Shown piece by piece: positions 24,787 to 35,620 of a stretch of DNA of 64,000 nt. Positions within the stretch are counted from its first letter, which is position 1. Each line of letters starts with the position of its first letter. The notes under the pieces were generated by a model. The model was not told the DNA's origin, searched no databases, and worked only from the letters and a program-made list of their open reading frames with translations. The position numbers and the translations under genes are program-made. Source of the DNA: an uncultured virus (IMG/VR IMGVR_UViG_3300046832_001626) (lineage: Duplodnaviria > Heunggongvirae > Uroviricota > Caudoviricetes); the IMG/VR virus record IMGVR_UViG_3300046832_001626. One strand, written 5' to 3'.

Positions 24787-26861
24787 TGGCAAATGTCGAG
24801 AGTAAACTAGTAATCTCTGAACCTGATTTCTTTTCAATCAAAACTAGTCTAAAGAACTTTTTAAAGTCTCAGGATACCTTTGTAGATTACGATTTCGAAG
24901 GTTCAACACTTTCACAACTTATTGACCTTCTAGCATATAATACGCATTATCTGTCATTTTACATGAACATGATTGCGAATGAATCATTTTTAGACACTGC
25001 AGCTCTCCGCAGTTCTGTGGTATCACACGCTAAAATGCTTGGATATACTCCCTCTTCAATTCGCTCTGCTCGAGCAAGAATTGATTTGACGTTCTCACAA
25101 ACGAATAACCCAGGTGTGTCAAGTATTACATCTCTAACATTACCTAGATTTACACGATTTGCTTCATCTGCAGTCGATGGAGTAAATTACACATTTACTA
25201 ATCTAGACGAAGTAACAGTAACAAAATCAAATAACGCTTTTACATTTAGCGATTTAAGTATCTATGAGGGTAATCCTGTTTCGCAAGTGTTTATGTACTC
25301 CCAACAGATAAATCCACTTCAAGAATTTAAACTACAAGATACTAACATTGACACCTCTACAATTGAAGTTATCGTACAAAATTCTTCTGTTGATTTGACA
25401 CAAGTAACCTATACATTAGCAACTGATGCAACTACTGTAACATCCTCAAGCAAAGTTTTTTACCTAGATGAATTTGATGAAGGTAAGTATAAAATTTATT
25501 TTGGTGACGATATTCTAGGTGCAAAGTTATCTGATGGTAATATGGTCATTGTAAGTTATTTGATCAGCAACGGTGAAAAATCAAATAAAGCAACAAACTT
25601 TACATTGCTAGACTCTGTTGGTGGATTGTCTAGTGGATCTGTCGTAGTTGATCAAGTTGCTTCTGGTGGCGCAGCAATTGAATCTCTTGATAGAATTAAA
25701 AATCTTGCTCCAAAAACATATGCATCAAATGGTCGAGCTGTAACAAAGAATGATTACATCGCGTTGATCCAACAAAGATATCCTGCATTCGAGGCTGTCA
25801 ATGTTTGGGGTGGTGAAGAAAATACTCCACCAGTTTATGGTAAAGTTTTCATTTCTGCAAAACCATCTGCGGGTTATGAAATATCACGAACTGAAAAAGA
25901 TTACATCATTAACGAAATCATCAATCCAATTAGCATTCTAACAGTGACGCCTGAGTTTGTTGATCCAGATTTCAATTATCTAAACTTGAATGTTCGCGTA
26001 ACTTATGATCCAACAGCAACAACATTAACACCAGGTGAGATTTCAACACTAGTTCGTACTCGCATTAATAATTATGCAAATACTTATCTTGATCAGTTTA
26101 ATTCATACTTTAAGATTTCAAGATTGATGCATGAAGTTGACATGGCGCATCCATCAATAATTAGTAACGACGTTGATGTTAAAATTGAGAAACGTGTGAC
26201 TCCAGTTCTTGGTGTATCTAGAAATTATGTAATCAAGTTCTTTACAGAACTAAAACGTTCAACAGGAACAGATCGCATCAGTTCAGCTCCAGCATACACT
26301 GCATATGATAATGAAGGAATTCTTCGTGAATTCTACTTCGAAGAAGTACCGCTATCATCAACAGGTGTGTCAACAGTTCAAGTCATTCTTGGTGGATCAA
26401 ATTTGACTACAACTCCGAGATTAGATGTTATCGGTGACGGCATCGGCGCATCATTGAGAGCAGTTGTCACAAACGGCAAAATAACTTCTGTGATTGTAGA
26501 TAAATCAGGTTCTGATTACTCAACAGCATCAATCAAAGCATATGATCAAGATGACAACTTATTAACAAATGTTGTCTTAAAACCATTGATTGAAAACACA
26601 ACTGGTAAGTTAAGATCATACTACTTCGATAACAACAATATTAAGATTGTGTTTTCTGAAAATGCTGGTACAATTGACTATTTGATTGGAACGATTACAC
26701 TATCTCAATTTAATCCATTAGATGTTAAAGATAGTTTCAAGATCTTAAGATTCTATGCAGCACCAAAAAATACTCTGTTTAATTCTGAAAGAAATACAAT
26801 CATTACATTGGATATCGATAATCAATCACAAGTAACAATTGATGTTATTAAAGTAACCTAA
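24786..26861 (+). CDS. gp6: Baseplate wedge subunit
   Basis: 'DYDFEGSTLSQLIDLLAYNTHY', 'ESFLDTA', 'RAVTKNDY', 'VWGGEE..PP.YGKVFIS'. Confidence 0.95.
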   Translation: MANVESKLVISEPDFFSIKTSLKNFLKSQDTFVDYDFEGSTLSQLIDLLAYNTHYLSFYMNMIANESFLDTAALRSSVVSHAKMLGYTPSSIRSARARIDLTFSQTNNPGVSSITSLTLPRFTRFASSAVDGVNYTFTNLDEVTVTKSNNAFTFSDLSIYEGNPVSQVFMYSQQINPLQEFKLQDTNIDTSTIEVIVQNSSVDLTQVTYTLATDATTVTSSSKVFYLDEFDEGKYKIYFGDDILGAKLSDGNMVIVSYLISNGEKSNKATNFTLLDSVGGLSSGSVVVDQVASGGAAIESLDRIKNLAPKTYASNGRAVTKNDYIALIQQRYPAFEAVNVWGGEENTPPVYGKVFISAKPSAGYEISRTEKDYIINEIINPISILTVTPEFVDPDFNYLNLNVRVTYDPTATTLTPGEISTLVRTRINNYANTYLDQFNSYFKISRLMHEVDMAHPSIISNDVDVKIEKRVTPVLGVSRNYVIKFFTELKRSTGTDRISSAPAYTAYDNEGILREFYFEEVPLSSTGVSTVQVILGGSNLTTTPRLDVIGDGIGASLRAVVTNGKITSVIVDKSGSDYSTASIKAYDQDDNLLTNVVLKPLIENTTGKLRSYYFDNNNIKIVFSENAGTIDYLIGTITLSQFNPLDVKDSFKILRFYAAPKNTLFNSERNTIITLDIDNQSQVTIDVIKVT

Positions 26862-26862
26862 T

Positions 26863-29800
26863 ATGTCAAGTCTGAATAGAGTTTCAACACTTGTAGAATC
26901 GCAGTTACCTGAGTTTATTCGCTCAGATTATCCTGTATTCGTCGAGTTTTTAGAAAAATATTATGAGTTTTTAGAGCAGCCTGGAAATCCAGTCTACGAA
27001 TTAAAAACATTCCAGAATAATTATGATATTGATTTGACGAGAGAAGGATTGCTACGATATTTTCGTAATAAGATTCTGCCATCATTCCCAGAAGAATCTG
27101 AGTTAACAACTGAAAGAATCATTAAATCAGCTCGAGATTTCTACACCAAAAAGGGCACACCTGATTCTTTTCAATTTTTATTCAGAGTTCTTTATGATAA
27201 AGATCTTGACATTTATTTTCCTAAACTACAAATCTTTAAAGCCTCTGATGGTAAGTGGGTTCTTCCACAAGCATTTCGCCTATCATCATCACCAGCAAAT
27301 GAATCAGTGAATCTTAATCTGTTAAAGAATCAAAAAGCAACAGGTTCTATTTCTCGCGCCACCTGTATTATTGAGCGTGCATACAAAACTATTGATCTTG
27401 CAACCAACAGAGAAATTTATGAAGTGTATGTTTCTAGTATTACAAGAACATTTACGAATAATGAATTGTTAGAGATTCCATACATTGATGAAAATGGCGA
27501 TGCTCAAGTTTTCAGTGAAACGATTATTGGTAGTATTTCAAACATTAAAATTAACCCAAGACGTAGAGGTAGAAGATATATTCCTGGTGATCCTGTCGTA
27601 ATCAATGGCGGTCAAAATTTAAATTCCTTAACGAGACAAAAAGCAGTCGCTTATGTCGGTAACGTAACTACAGCAACAATCGACAGTGTGTTGATTACAA
27701 AAAGGGGTTATGGATTTAGAACGTTCCCAAATTCATTCATCGATATCATTACTGCTAATCCAATCACTGGCGCATTAGATGGCACTGGCAATGGTGTACT
27801 CGCGAATATTACAGTTGATTCTTTACAAACTGGTGCAAATATTACTATCGATTATTGCACAGATTCTATTTTCTATAAAGCAAATCTTGGAATAAATTCT
27901 ACAGATTACGACTTTCCAAATACTGCACCAACAGACTTGTTCTTTGCTGCAACTTCTGGCTCTACGCAGCTCGCAGTTAATATTGCAAACGATCCATCAT
28001 TGAATGTGACCAATGATTTCTATAATGGTCGTGTTATTAAAGTCGTTGAGGGTACTGGTTCCGATGGATCTGGATCTAAAATTAATACTGTGGTTATTGC
28101 AGATTATACTGGTGCAACACGAATTGCCACATTGAATGCAAATACTTCAATCCAAGGAACAGTTAATATTTCTGGTGTGAATGTTTATGCAAACACGACC
28201 TATCCTAATATTGCAGACTTTACAGCTGGTGAGCCTGGATTCTATACCTATCTCACAGCTGGTAAGACGATTGAGATTAATGGTGAATTGCGAACAATTA
28301 ATGCTGTGATGAATTCAACTCATCTTGATGTCACTGTCGCATTCTCAAGTTCAGCAACCGATAAAAAATTAAACGCGAATTCTACACTAACTTCAACTCT
28401 AGACGGAACAAGTAGTCTACAACTCACCTCTTCTGCAGAAACAGGTGTAGGAAGTGCATTCAGTTTTGAAACTCTAAACGTTGCTCCAATTGGAACAACA
28501 GTGATTGTTTCTGGTGGCGCTGACTTCGAAGGCGATCCTCCAGCAACACTTAATGTTGTTGCCATGTATGAAAGCGATTATTCGTCAGAAGGATTTATTA
28601 CATTAAATCCTGGAAGCCACTTCAACTACAATAACGTCAACGCATCAATTCGATTCTCAGGTGCAGGATTCTCGTCCACTGATGGTTGGTATGTTGGAAG
28701 AAGAATTAAACTTGAAAGTCAGTATCGAAGAATTATTGCCTATGATGGAGCAACAAAAACTGCTTTCTTAAACAGAATTTTTGAAACGAATATTAATCCA
28801 ATCAATATTCTGTCGAAGACAATGCGTTTAGACAATCGCCCTTCCATTCTCGGAATGGGTCAGATTGCAAATGTTGAAATTAGTTCTGGCGGCACAGGAT
28901 ACATGGCTGGTGATCCAATTACTTTTATTGGCACTGGTTATGGAGCAGCTGCTCAAGTCCAATCCATTGGCGTTGGTGGTGCTGTTGCTGCTGTAACACT
29001 CACAAACAGAGGTGCTGGATATTTTGTGCCACCAACCGCAACTGCTGGTGGTTCTGGTACTGGAGCAACATTTAATGTTGTTCTAGTTGGCGATGGTGAA
29101 GATTTGACCGCAAATGCATCATCTCTTGGTGCTATTATCGACTTTAATCTTGTAAATCGCGGCTCCGATTATGTCTCAACACCAAATGTTTCACTGAAGA
29201 TTTACGATTTGTCTGTTACTGGAAACACAACAAACATTTCTTCGATACAAGAAAATGATTTTGTCTATCAAGGAACTCCATCTGCTCAAACCTTCACAGG
29301 AATTGTTGATAGCGTTCTAGAATCTAATTCAATTATTCGTGTGTTCAACTATTCTGGTACACCCGTCGGCGGTGATGTGGTGGTTACAAGAACAGATTTC
29401 ACAGGAACAGTAATTAATGTTCACAATAGTGGAATCATTATTGCCACTGCAAATGTTAGCGGCAAACAATATCCATATCGTTACGGTAATGGCAGAGCAA
29501 GAGCCAATGCAGAGTTCTTAAATGGATTGATTCGTTATAATGGATTCTATCTAAATACTGATGGTCATATCAGTTCAGATAAGCGATTGCAAGACGATGA
29601 TCGTTATCATAATTTCTCTTATGCATTATCCTCTGAAGAAAGTTTTGATACTTACAGAAAAACTATCTTTGATGTTGTTCATCCAACAGGAACAAAACTT
29701 CTTCCGATTCACGTCATCCCTGAAGATTATAAAGCTGAAGCAAATGTCAGTTTAAATCAAGATGCTCTAATTACTACAGATAACACATTAATCGGTAACT

Positions 29801-30297
29801 GCTCAGTTGCTTTCAATTCTAATAATGTAATTGGTGGTTTAGAAAACTTTGATACAATTGCAAATGTTAATGATCTAATTGTCATCAACTCAGCTAATAC
29901 ACACAGATCATTCAATAAGATTATCACAGTAGTCGCTAATAATAACTCGCTAAATATTGAAAGTCCTTGTGTGATGGTTGGCGAGGGTCGTGCTCATATT
30001 TCTAGTGGAAATGCAAGCATTGTCATTAAAGGTAATTCTAACATTATCGCAAGATTTATTTCTACTAATGATAGGATTAGACTGAAGGTTGATGGAAGCA
30101 CACTACTCCGCTCAATCAACACAATTTCTGGTAATGTTGTTACACTTAATAGCAACGTCGGCATTACGAATACTACGAATCTCACGATTGATACAACAAA
30201 CAAATTTAACTACGGTAAGGAAACGGTTCCTGCTCTTGTGTACGAAGTTATTCCACAATTTAGTAACGTCGACTACAAGATCATAAGAACGAATTGA
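26863..30297 (+). CDS. gp7: Baseplate wedge initiator (gp7-like)
   Basis: 'QLPEFIRSDYPVFVEFLEKYYEFLE', 'FYTKKGT..SF.FLFRVLY', 'LQDDDRYHNFSY', 'VHPTG'; between gp6 and gp8. Confidence 0.75.
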   Translation: MSSLNRVSTLVESQLPEFIRSDYPVFVEFLEKYYEFLEQPGNPVYELKTFQNNYDIDLTREGLLRYFRNKILPSFPEESELTTERIIKSARDFYTKKGTPDSFQFLFRVLYDKDLDIYFPKLQIFKASDGKWVLPQAFRLSSSPANESVNLNLLKNQKATGSISRATCIIERAYKTIDLATNREIYEVYVSSITRTFTNNELLEIPYIDENGDAQVFSETIIGSISNIKINPRRRGRRYIPGDPVVINGGQNLNSLTRQKAVAYVGNVTTATIDSVLITKRGYGFRTFPNSFIDIITANPITGALDGTGNGVLANITVDSLQTGANITIDYCTDSIFYKANLGINSTDYDFPNTAPTDLFFAATSGSTQLAVNIANDPSLNVTNDFYNGRVIKVVEGTGSDGSGSKINTVVIADYTGATRIATLNANTSIQGTVNISGVNVYANTTYPNIADFTAGEPGFYTYLTAGKTIEINGELRTINAVMNSTHLDVTVAFSSSATDKKLNANSTLTSTLDGTSSLQLTSSAETGVGSAFSFETLNVAPIGTTVIVSGGADFEGDPPATLNVVAMYESDYSSEGFITLNPGSHFNYNNVNASIRFSGAGFSSTDGWYVGRRIKLESQYRRIIAYDGATKTAFLNRIFETNINPINILSKTMRLDNRPSILGMGQIANVEISSGGTGYMAGDPITFIGTGYGAAAQVQSIGVGGAVAAVTLTNRGAGYFVPPTATAGGSGTGATFNVVLVGDGEDLTANASSLGAIIDFNLVNRGSDYVSTPNVSLKIYDLSVTGNTTNISSIQENDFVYQGTPSAQTFTGIVDSVLESNSIIRVFNYSGTPVGGDVVVTRTDFTGTVINVHNSGIIIATANVSGKQYPYRYGNGRARANAEFLNGLIRYNGFYLNTDGHISSDKRLQDDDRYHNFSYALSSEESFDTYRKTIFDVVHPTGTKLLPIHVIPEDYKAEANVSLNQDALITTDNTLIGNCSVAFNSNNVIGGLENFDTIANVNDLIVINSANTHRSFNKIITVVANNNSLNIESPCVMVGEGRAHISSGNASIVIKGNSNIIARFISTNDRIRLKVDGSTLLRSINTISGNVVTLNSNVGITNTTNLTIDTTNKFNYGKETVPALVYEVIPQFSNVDYKIIRTN

Positions 30298-30306
30298 GGA
30301 TAAAAG

Positions 30307-31695
30307 ATGTCATCATTATTCACTAGAAATTTTGGTATTTTCAATGCTCGAGCATTCGAATACTACGTCTCGGCTGCATTAACAAATCTATATGTTTGTA
30401 TTGGTCGCCAACATGCATGGGCTAATGGTGATACTGTTCCAACACCTGTTGAGTCATCAAATAATTATTATTCAGTTTGGAATGACCTTATCGCTGTCAA
30501 GAAAGTAACTGCTTCCGACATGAATCTCGTAGTTCCAAGAGTCGACTGGGCTAATGGAACGACATATGTTGAATATACTCAAGATTTAAATCTATTCTAT
30601 AAAGCAAACACATCAAATGTGGCTTATGATAATAAGTTTTATGTAAGAAATAACAAAGATCAGGTGTTCAAGTGTTTATTTAATAATGCAAATGCTAACT
30701 CTACGATCATGCCAGAAATTGATGTCGGTGGTCAGCTACCAGAAAATCCATATGTTGAAACAAGTGATGGATATCGATGGAAGTATTTGTATAAAATTCC
30801 TTCTGGACTGAAAGAAAAATTCTTTACTACCGATTATATGCCAGTTGTTGTTGAAGAAAACATCACAAATAGTGCAAGAAATGGTCGTATTGATATTCTT
30901 AAGATCATTACTCCAGGTGCAGGGTTTAATGCAAACGTCGCTAATAACTTCTTGAATATCATTAGCATTAAAGGTGATGGTGCAGACGCTAACCTTCGTG
31001 TAAATGTTCAATCTTCAGCTGCAAACGGTGGCAATATCGTTGGTTATACGATCATTTCTGGTGGTAATAACTATACCAGAGCTACAGTTTCTATCGTCGA
31101 TTCTAACAAGATTGCTAATACAGGAAACGCAAACCTGGTGGCGATTATCGGTCCACCAGGAGGTCATGGTTCTAACGTTGCAAGCGAACTTGGTGCCTCT
31201 GCATTAATGATCAGTACCGCCATCGAAGGTAATGAGAACGGTCTAATTCCCACTAAATCGGGTGGCGAGAATCGCTATAGACAGGTTAGCCTTATCAAAG
31301 ATCCAAAAATTCTTGGTGGTGGAGCTGCAACGGGTAGTGTTTATAGAACGACAACTAAATATTTCTTAGCAGTTCCAACTGGTACATTTGCTCATAGAGA
31401 AGTAATTTATTCTGGATCAACAGAGGCTACAGCAAATCTAACAGCTGTAGTCGAACACTACGATTCTGCAAATACTGAGCTCTTTGTGAATAATATTATC
31501 AATGATGGAACTGTTAATGTGGCAAATACATTTTCGATCATTGGAGCAAATTCAGGAGCAACGGCTACAGTTATTGTAGTAGAACCATCTGAACTTAAAC
31601 CATATACTGGGGATCTGCTATATATTCAAAACAGTTCCGCTGTGACTCGTGACCCAACAGAATATCAACAATTTAAAATTGTTTTAAGATTTTAG
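30307..31695 (+). CDS. gp8: Baseplate wedge subunit
   Basis: 'VVPRVDW', 'VFKCLFN', 'SDGYRWKYLY', 'PPGGHG', 'YTGDLLYIQN'. Confidence 0.88.
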   Translation: MSSLFTRNFGIFNARAFEYYVSAALTNLYVCIGRQHAWANGDTVPTPVESSNNYYSVWNDLIAVKKVTASDMNLVVPRVDWANGTTYVEYTQDLNLFYKANTSNVAYDNKFYVRNNKDQVFKCLFNNANANSTIMPEIDVGGQLPENPYVETSDGYRWKYLYKIPSGLKEKFFTTDYMPVVVEENITNSARNGRIDILKIITPGAGFNANVANNFLNIISIKGDGADANLRVNVQSSAANGGNIVGYTIISGGNNYTRATVSIVDSNKIANTGNANLVAIIGPPGGHGSNVASELGASALMISTAIEGNENGLIPTKSGGENRYRQVSLIKDPKILGGGAATGSVYRTTTKYFLAVPTGTFAHREVIYSGSTEATANLTAVVEHYDSANTELFVNNIINDGTVNVANTFSIIGANSGATATVIVVEPSELKPYTGDLLYIQNSSAVTRDPTEYQQFKIVLRF

Positions 31696-31706
31696 GAATA
31701 TAACTA

Positions 31707-34700
31707 ATGGCAATAGATTTTAATGTAGAACCATTTTACGACGACTTTCTAGCCTCTAACGGCGCGAAAGAAAATAACTATATGAGAATTCTATTCCGTC
31801 CTGGATACGCTGTTCAGGCTCGCGAATTGACTCAAATCCAAACGATTATTCAGAATCAAATCAAACAGTTTGGCGATCATATCTTCCACAATGGTTCACC
31901 AGTATTTGGCGGTCATATTACCTATGATCTAAACGTTCCTTATATCAAATTACAGACAGCCTATAACGGTTCTGACGTTGAAGTTGAAGATTATACCAAT
32001 GTTGTTGTTCGTAATGTCGCAGGTACTTCTAAGATTCGCGCAAGAGTTGTTGCTACAGATGAAACTCAAACTTTCCCAACACTCATGGTTAAGTATTTGA
32101 GAGGAACGAGATTTGGCGATAACCAAGTTATTTCTAATGCAGAATCTGGTGGCAATGAAGCAAAAACAATTCCTACAAGCGCAACAGGAATTGGTTCAAT
32201 TGCTTCCATTCAACCTGGCATTTTCTATGTTGATGGATTCTTCGTTCAAGTTCCTGAACAATCAATCGTTCTCGATCCATATGCAAGCATACCAAGTTAT
32301 AGGGTTGGTCTTGAAATCGTAGAAGAGATCATCGACGAAAGCGCAGATGCCAATCTTCTTGATCCAGCACAGGCTTCATTTAATTATCAGGCTCCTGGTG
32401 CGCATCGCTATCAATTCAGACTCGATCTCGCAAAGAGAGCACTTGACTCTGTAGACGATACAAAGTTCTTCGAACTTCTCCGCATCGAAAATGGTGTGGT
32501 AACAAAACAAGTTAAGTATCCAATTTACTCTGAACTTGAAAAAACTCTTGCTCGCCGCACTTATGATGAGTCAGGCGATTACACTGTATCACCATTCAAA
32601 GTTTCTCTTGAAGCCAACACAGCATGCACTGACAACTTTATTGCAGTTGTTGAGCCAGGAAAAGCGTATGTCAAGGGTTTTGAATACGAAGCCATCGGTC
32701 CACAAAGACTCAATGGCGTAAAAGCAAGAACAAAAGAAACCTCAACTGACTTCGATCTATCTCTAGAGTATGGTAACTATTTGTATGCCAACTCAATCGT
32801 CGGTTCAGCAAATGGTTTCTCAAATACTGCAAGCCTACCAACACTAGAACTACACTGCGTTCCAAAGAACAATGTGAACACAACTGGAACTGTTGGGTAT
32901 AACACAACATTCATGGGAAGTGCAAAGTTAAAACACATTACTCGCAATTCTGGTACTGAATTTATCGTTTACTTGAGCGATGTTGCTCTTCAATCAAATA
33001 CTGTAACAGCAAGCGGAGCTGGTGCAAATACGATTGCATTAAACTTCCCAGCATCATATTCAACTCTTGATCAAGCATATACCAACGTTTCTGTTAGAAT
33101 CACCTCTGGTGGATCTTCAGGAGATGTTCGTAAAATTATATCATATAACGGAGGAACTAAAGTTGCAACAGTTGATTTGCCATTCACAGGAACCATTGGT
33201 TCGGGTCAAACATTCGCGCTTCTTTATAGCACAAAAGATATTGACTCTCTTGTTGATGTTATCGCAACAAAGGCTGCATTCAATGTTTCAATGAACATTT
33301 CAAATAACAGTAAAGACATCACTGGTTCTACAATTGTTTACGATTCAAATAGAAAGACATTGATCTTTAAGTTGCCTGAACCACAAATTGCAAATAATTC
33401 TATTGATAATGCAGATTATGTTACGAGCAGATTCTTTGCTGGACAATCATTCAATGCAAGCGGTGTTCTATCGCTCTCATTAACAAATAATGAAGTTCTA
33501 GATTATGGTTCAGATGGTAGCACAATCTCATCAACTCTTGTCTCGCAAAACTTCATTGTTGTTATCAAGAGTCTTGGAACAGCAACAGCATATAGCGGAA
33601 ACTCGACTTCAGTTGCAGTCGGTGACATTATTGGTCCATCCAGCATCACAAGAACTTCAAGTACTGGTTTGACAATCACTTCTGGCTTGAATGGTTCATT
33701 CACTGCAGATGTTTATGTTCGCGTGAAGATGGATAATTCTGAAGACTATAACAAGCGCACAAAGACTCGCAAGGGTACCACATCAAATTCTGTCATTCGC
33801 TCAACAGATGCGCCAACAAATGGTGCTGCTGTAACAGGGTGCACTAGTGTTTACATCGATTCAACGAACGGACACATCTGGTTCACAAGCTCCTCTGTAA
33901 TCAATACAAGTCCTGGTGGAACAACTTCGTTGTTTGTTCCTGACGTTTATAAATTGATTAAGGTTTATGACTCTGGAAGCACAAGCAGTAATCCAACATC
34001 AACAACTTATACTGATGTGACCTCAAGTTTCTTCTTGGATACAGGTCAGACTTCAGAGTATTATGATCACGCTAAATTGGTTCTAAAACCAGGAAGAAAT
34101 CCACCACGCGGTCGAATTGTGGTCTTTGTCGAATACTATGAGCACAGCTCTACAGCTGGATACTTCAACGTTGACTCATATCCATCTTCGCAATATGCAA
34201 ACGGCGAAATTGGAATGTTTAAATCCAGCGAAGGAACCAGTTATCCATTGAGAGATTGTATTGATTTCAGACCAACAAGAACTCTTGGAACAACAGCTAA
34301 CACATTCTTCGGAACACGCATTCCACTTCCATATGAATCTATGGAAATGACGTATCAATATTATCTTCCACGAAGAGATAAAATTGTTATCACTTCTTCA
34401 AAAGAATTGAAGATTATCAGCGGTATTCCATCTAAGGCTCCACAATACCCACCAGAACAAGCTGATGGAATGACATTGTTCACGTTGGATATTCCAGCCT
34501 ACACAAGTTCACCAAATCATATCACTGTTAAGTCTATTGACAACAAGCGTTACACGATGCGCGATATCGGTAAACTTGAGCAGAGAATCAAAAATGTCGA
34601 ATACTATTCTGCATTGAGCCTTGTTGAAACAAAGGCAAAAGATTCCACGATCCTTTATGAGGATAATGCAACGCAGAAAGAAAAGTATGGTATCATCACT

Positions 34701-35603
34701 GATAACTTTACTGGATTCTCTGTCGGCGATTTGTCTAACAAAGACTTTGTTTGCTCAATTGAAAACGGCAAACTAAAACCATATGCTAAAACTGTAAACT
34801 TTAATTTGGTTCCATATGACAGAACGTTTACTGAGCCAGAAGATCCACAATTGCCAAAACGTCAGGTGTGGTCTATCCCTTCAAATGAACTTATTATCAA
34901 CAATCAAACTGCAGCAACCAAAAACACTGCAGTGATTCCGCCAGTTCTTGCTGCTAAATTTGAAGGAGATATTGGATTGTTCCCATCTACAGATCACTAC
35001 TACTCTGTTGTGATTCCACCAATAGTAATTTCTGAGACACCAGTATTGCCTCCACCTGATATTATCAGTTACGTTACACCACCTCCACCACCAAAGGTTG
35101 AAGTGATTGTGCAGCCGCTACCACAACCAATTGATGTATATACACCAGTTCTAACTCCAAGAGTTGAACCAGTGTTACCACCACCAGTACCACCACCTGC
35201 AGTCCCATACATTCCACCTCCTCCTCCACCAGTTTATGTGGCTCCACCGCCAATTGTAGAGCCACCGATTGTTACATATCCACAGGTGATTATGGATAGA
35301 TTGCCATTTCCTTCACCTGAAGATGTTGGTCAGGTATTAGTATTGCCACCTCCCCCACTACCTCCATCAGCGCCACCAACACCACCACCAATCGTGTTCC
35401 CAGGATTCCCAGCTATTTTGATTGATCAAATATTCCCAATGCCACTTTCTGTGACTATACCAGACTTTACTGGTGCTGCTCCAGAAGTTGCTGTCATTGA
35501 CACCTGGTATTCTGCACCTATCAGCGTTGCAGCTGAGATCTTTGCTGATACTGGTGGCGGTGGTGGTAGACGGTCAGAAAATTTTGATTATGAACTCCAT
35601 TAA
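31707..35603 (+). CDS. Large virion structural protein (VrlC/DUF4815-like) with a Pro-rich C-terminus
   Basis: 'FNVEPFYDDF...RILFRPGYAVQARELTQIQT', 'LARRTYDESGDY', 'RYTMRDIGKLEQRI'. Confidence 0.8.
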   Translation: MAIDFNVEPFYDDFLASNGAKENNYMRILFRPGYAVQARELTQIQTIIQNQIKQFGDHIFHNGSPVFGGHITYDLNVPYIKLQTAYNGSDVEVEDYTNVVVRNVAGTSKIRARVVATDETQTFPTLMVKYLRGTRFGDNQVISNAESGGNEAKTIPTSATGIGSIASIQPGIFYVDGFFVQVPEQSIVLDPYASIPSYRVGLEIVEEIIDESADANLLDPAQASFNYQAPGAHRYQFRLDLAKRALDSVDDTKFFELLRIENGVVTKQVKYPIYSELEKTLARRTYDESGDYTVSPFKVSLEANTACTDNFIAVVEPGKAYVKGFEYEAIGPQRLNGVKARTKETSTDFDLSLEYGNYLYANSIVGSANGFSNTASLPTLELHCVPKNNVNTTGTVGYNTTFMGSAKLKHITRNSGTEFIVYLSDVALQSNTVTASGAGANTIALNFPASYSTLDQAYTNVSVRITSGGSSGDVRKIISYNGGTKVATVDLPFTGTIGSGQTFALLYSTKDIDSLVDVIATKAAFNVSMNISNNSKDITGSTIVYDSNRKTLIFKLPEPQIANNSIDNADYVTSRFFAGQSFNASGVLSLSLTNNEVLDYGSDGSTISSTLVSQNFIVVIKSLGTATAYSGNSTSVAVGDIIGPSSITRTSSTGLTITSGLNGSFTADVYVRVKMDNSEDYNKRTKTRKGTTSNSVIRSTDAPTNGAAVTGCTSVYIDSTNGHIWFTSSSVINTSPGGTTSLFVPDVYKLIKVYDSGSTSSNPTSTTYTDVTSSFFLDTGQTSEYYDHAKLVLKPGRNPPRGRIVVFVEYYEHSSTAGYFNVDSYPSSQYANGEIGMFKSSEGTSYPLRDCIDFRPTRTLGTTANTFFGTRIPLPYESMEMTYQYYLPRRDKIVITSSKELKIISGIPSKAPQYPPEQADGMTLFTLDIPAYTSSPNHITVKSIDNKRYTMRDIGKLEQRIKNVEYYSALSLVETKAKDSTILYEDNATQKEKYGIITDNFTGFSVGDLSNKDFVCSIENGKLKPYAKTVNFNLVPYDRTFTEPEDPQLPKRQVWSIPSNELIINNQTAATKNTAVIPPVLAAKFEGDIGLFPSTDHYYSVVIPPIVISETPVLPPPDIISYVTPPPPPKVEVIVQPLPQPIDVYTPVLTPRVEPVLPPPVPPPAVPYIPPPPPPVYVAPPPIVEPPIVTYPQVIMDRLPFPSPEDVGQVLVLPPPPLPPSAPPTPPPIVFPGFPAILIDQIFPMPLSVTIPDFTGAAPEVAVIDTWYSAPISVAAEIFADTGGGGGRRSENFDYELH

Positions 35604-35620
35604 TATCGAGGAAAAGTACG

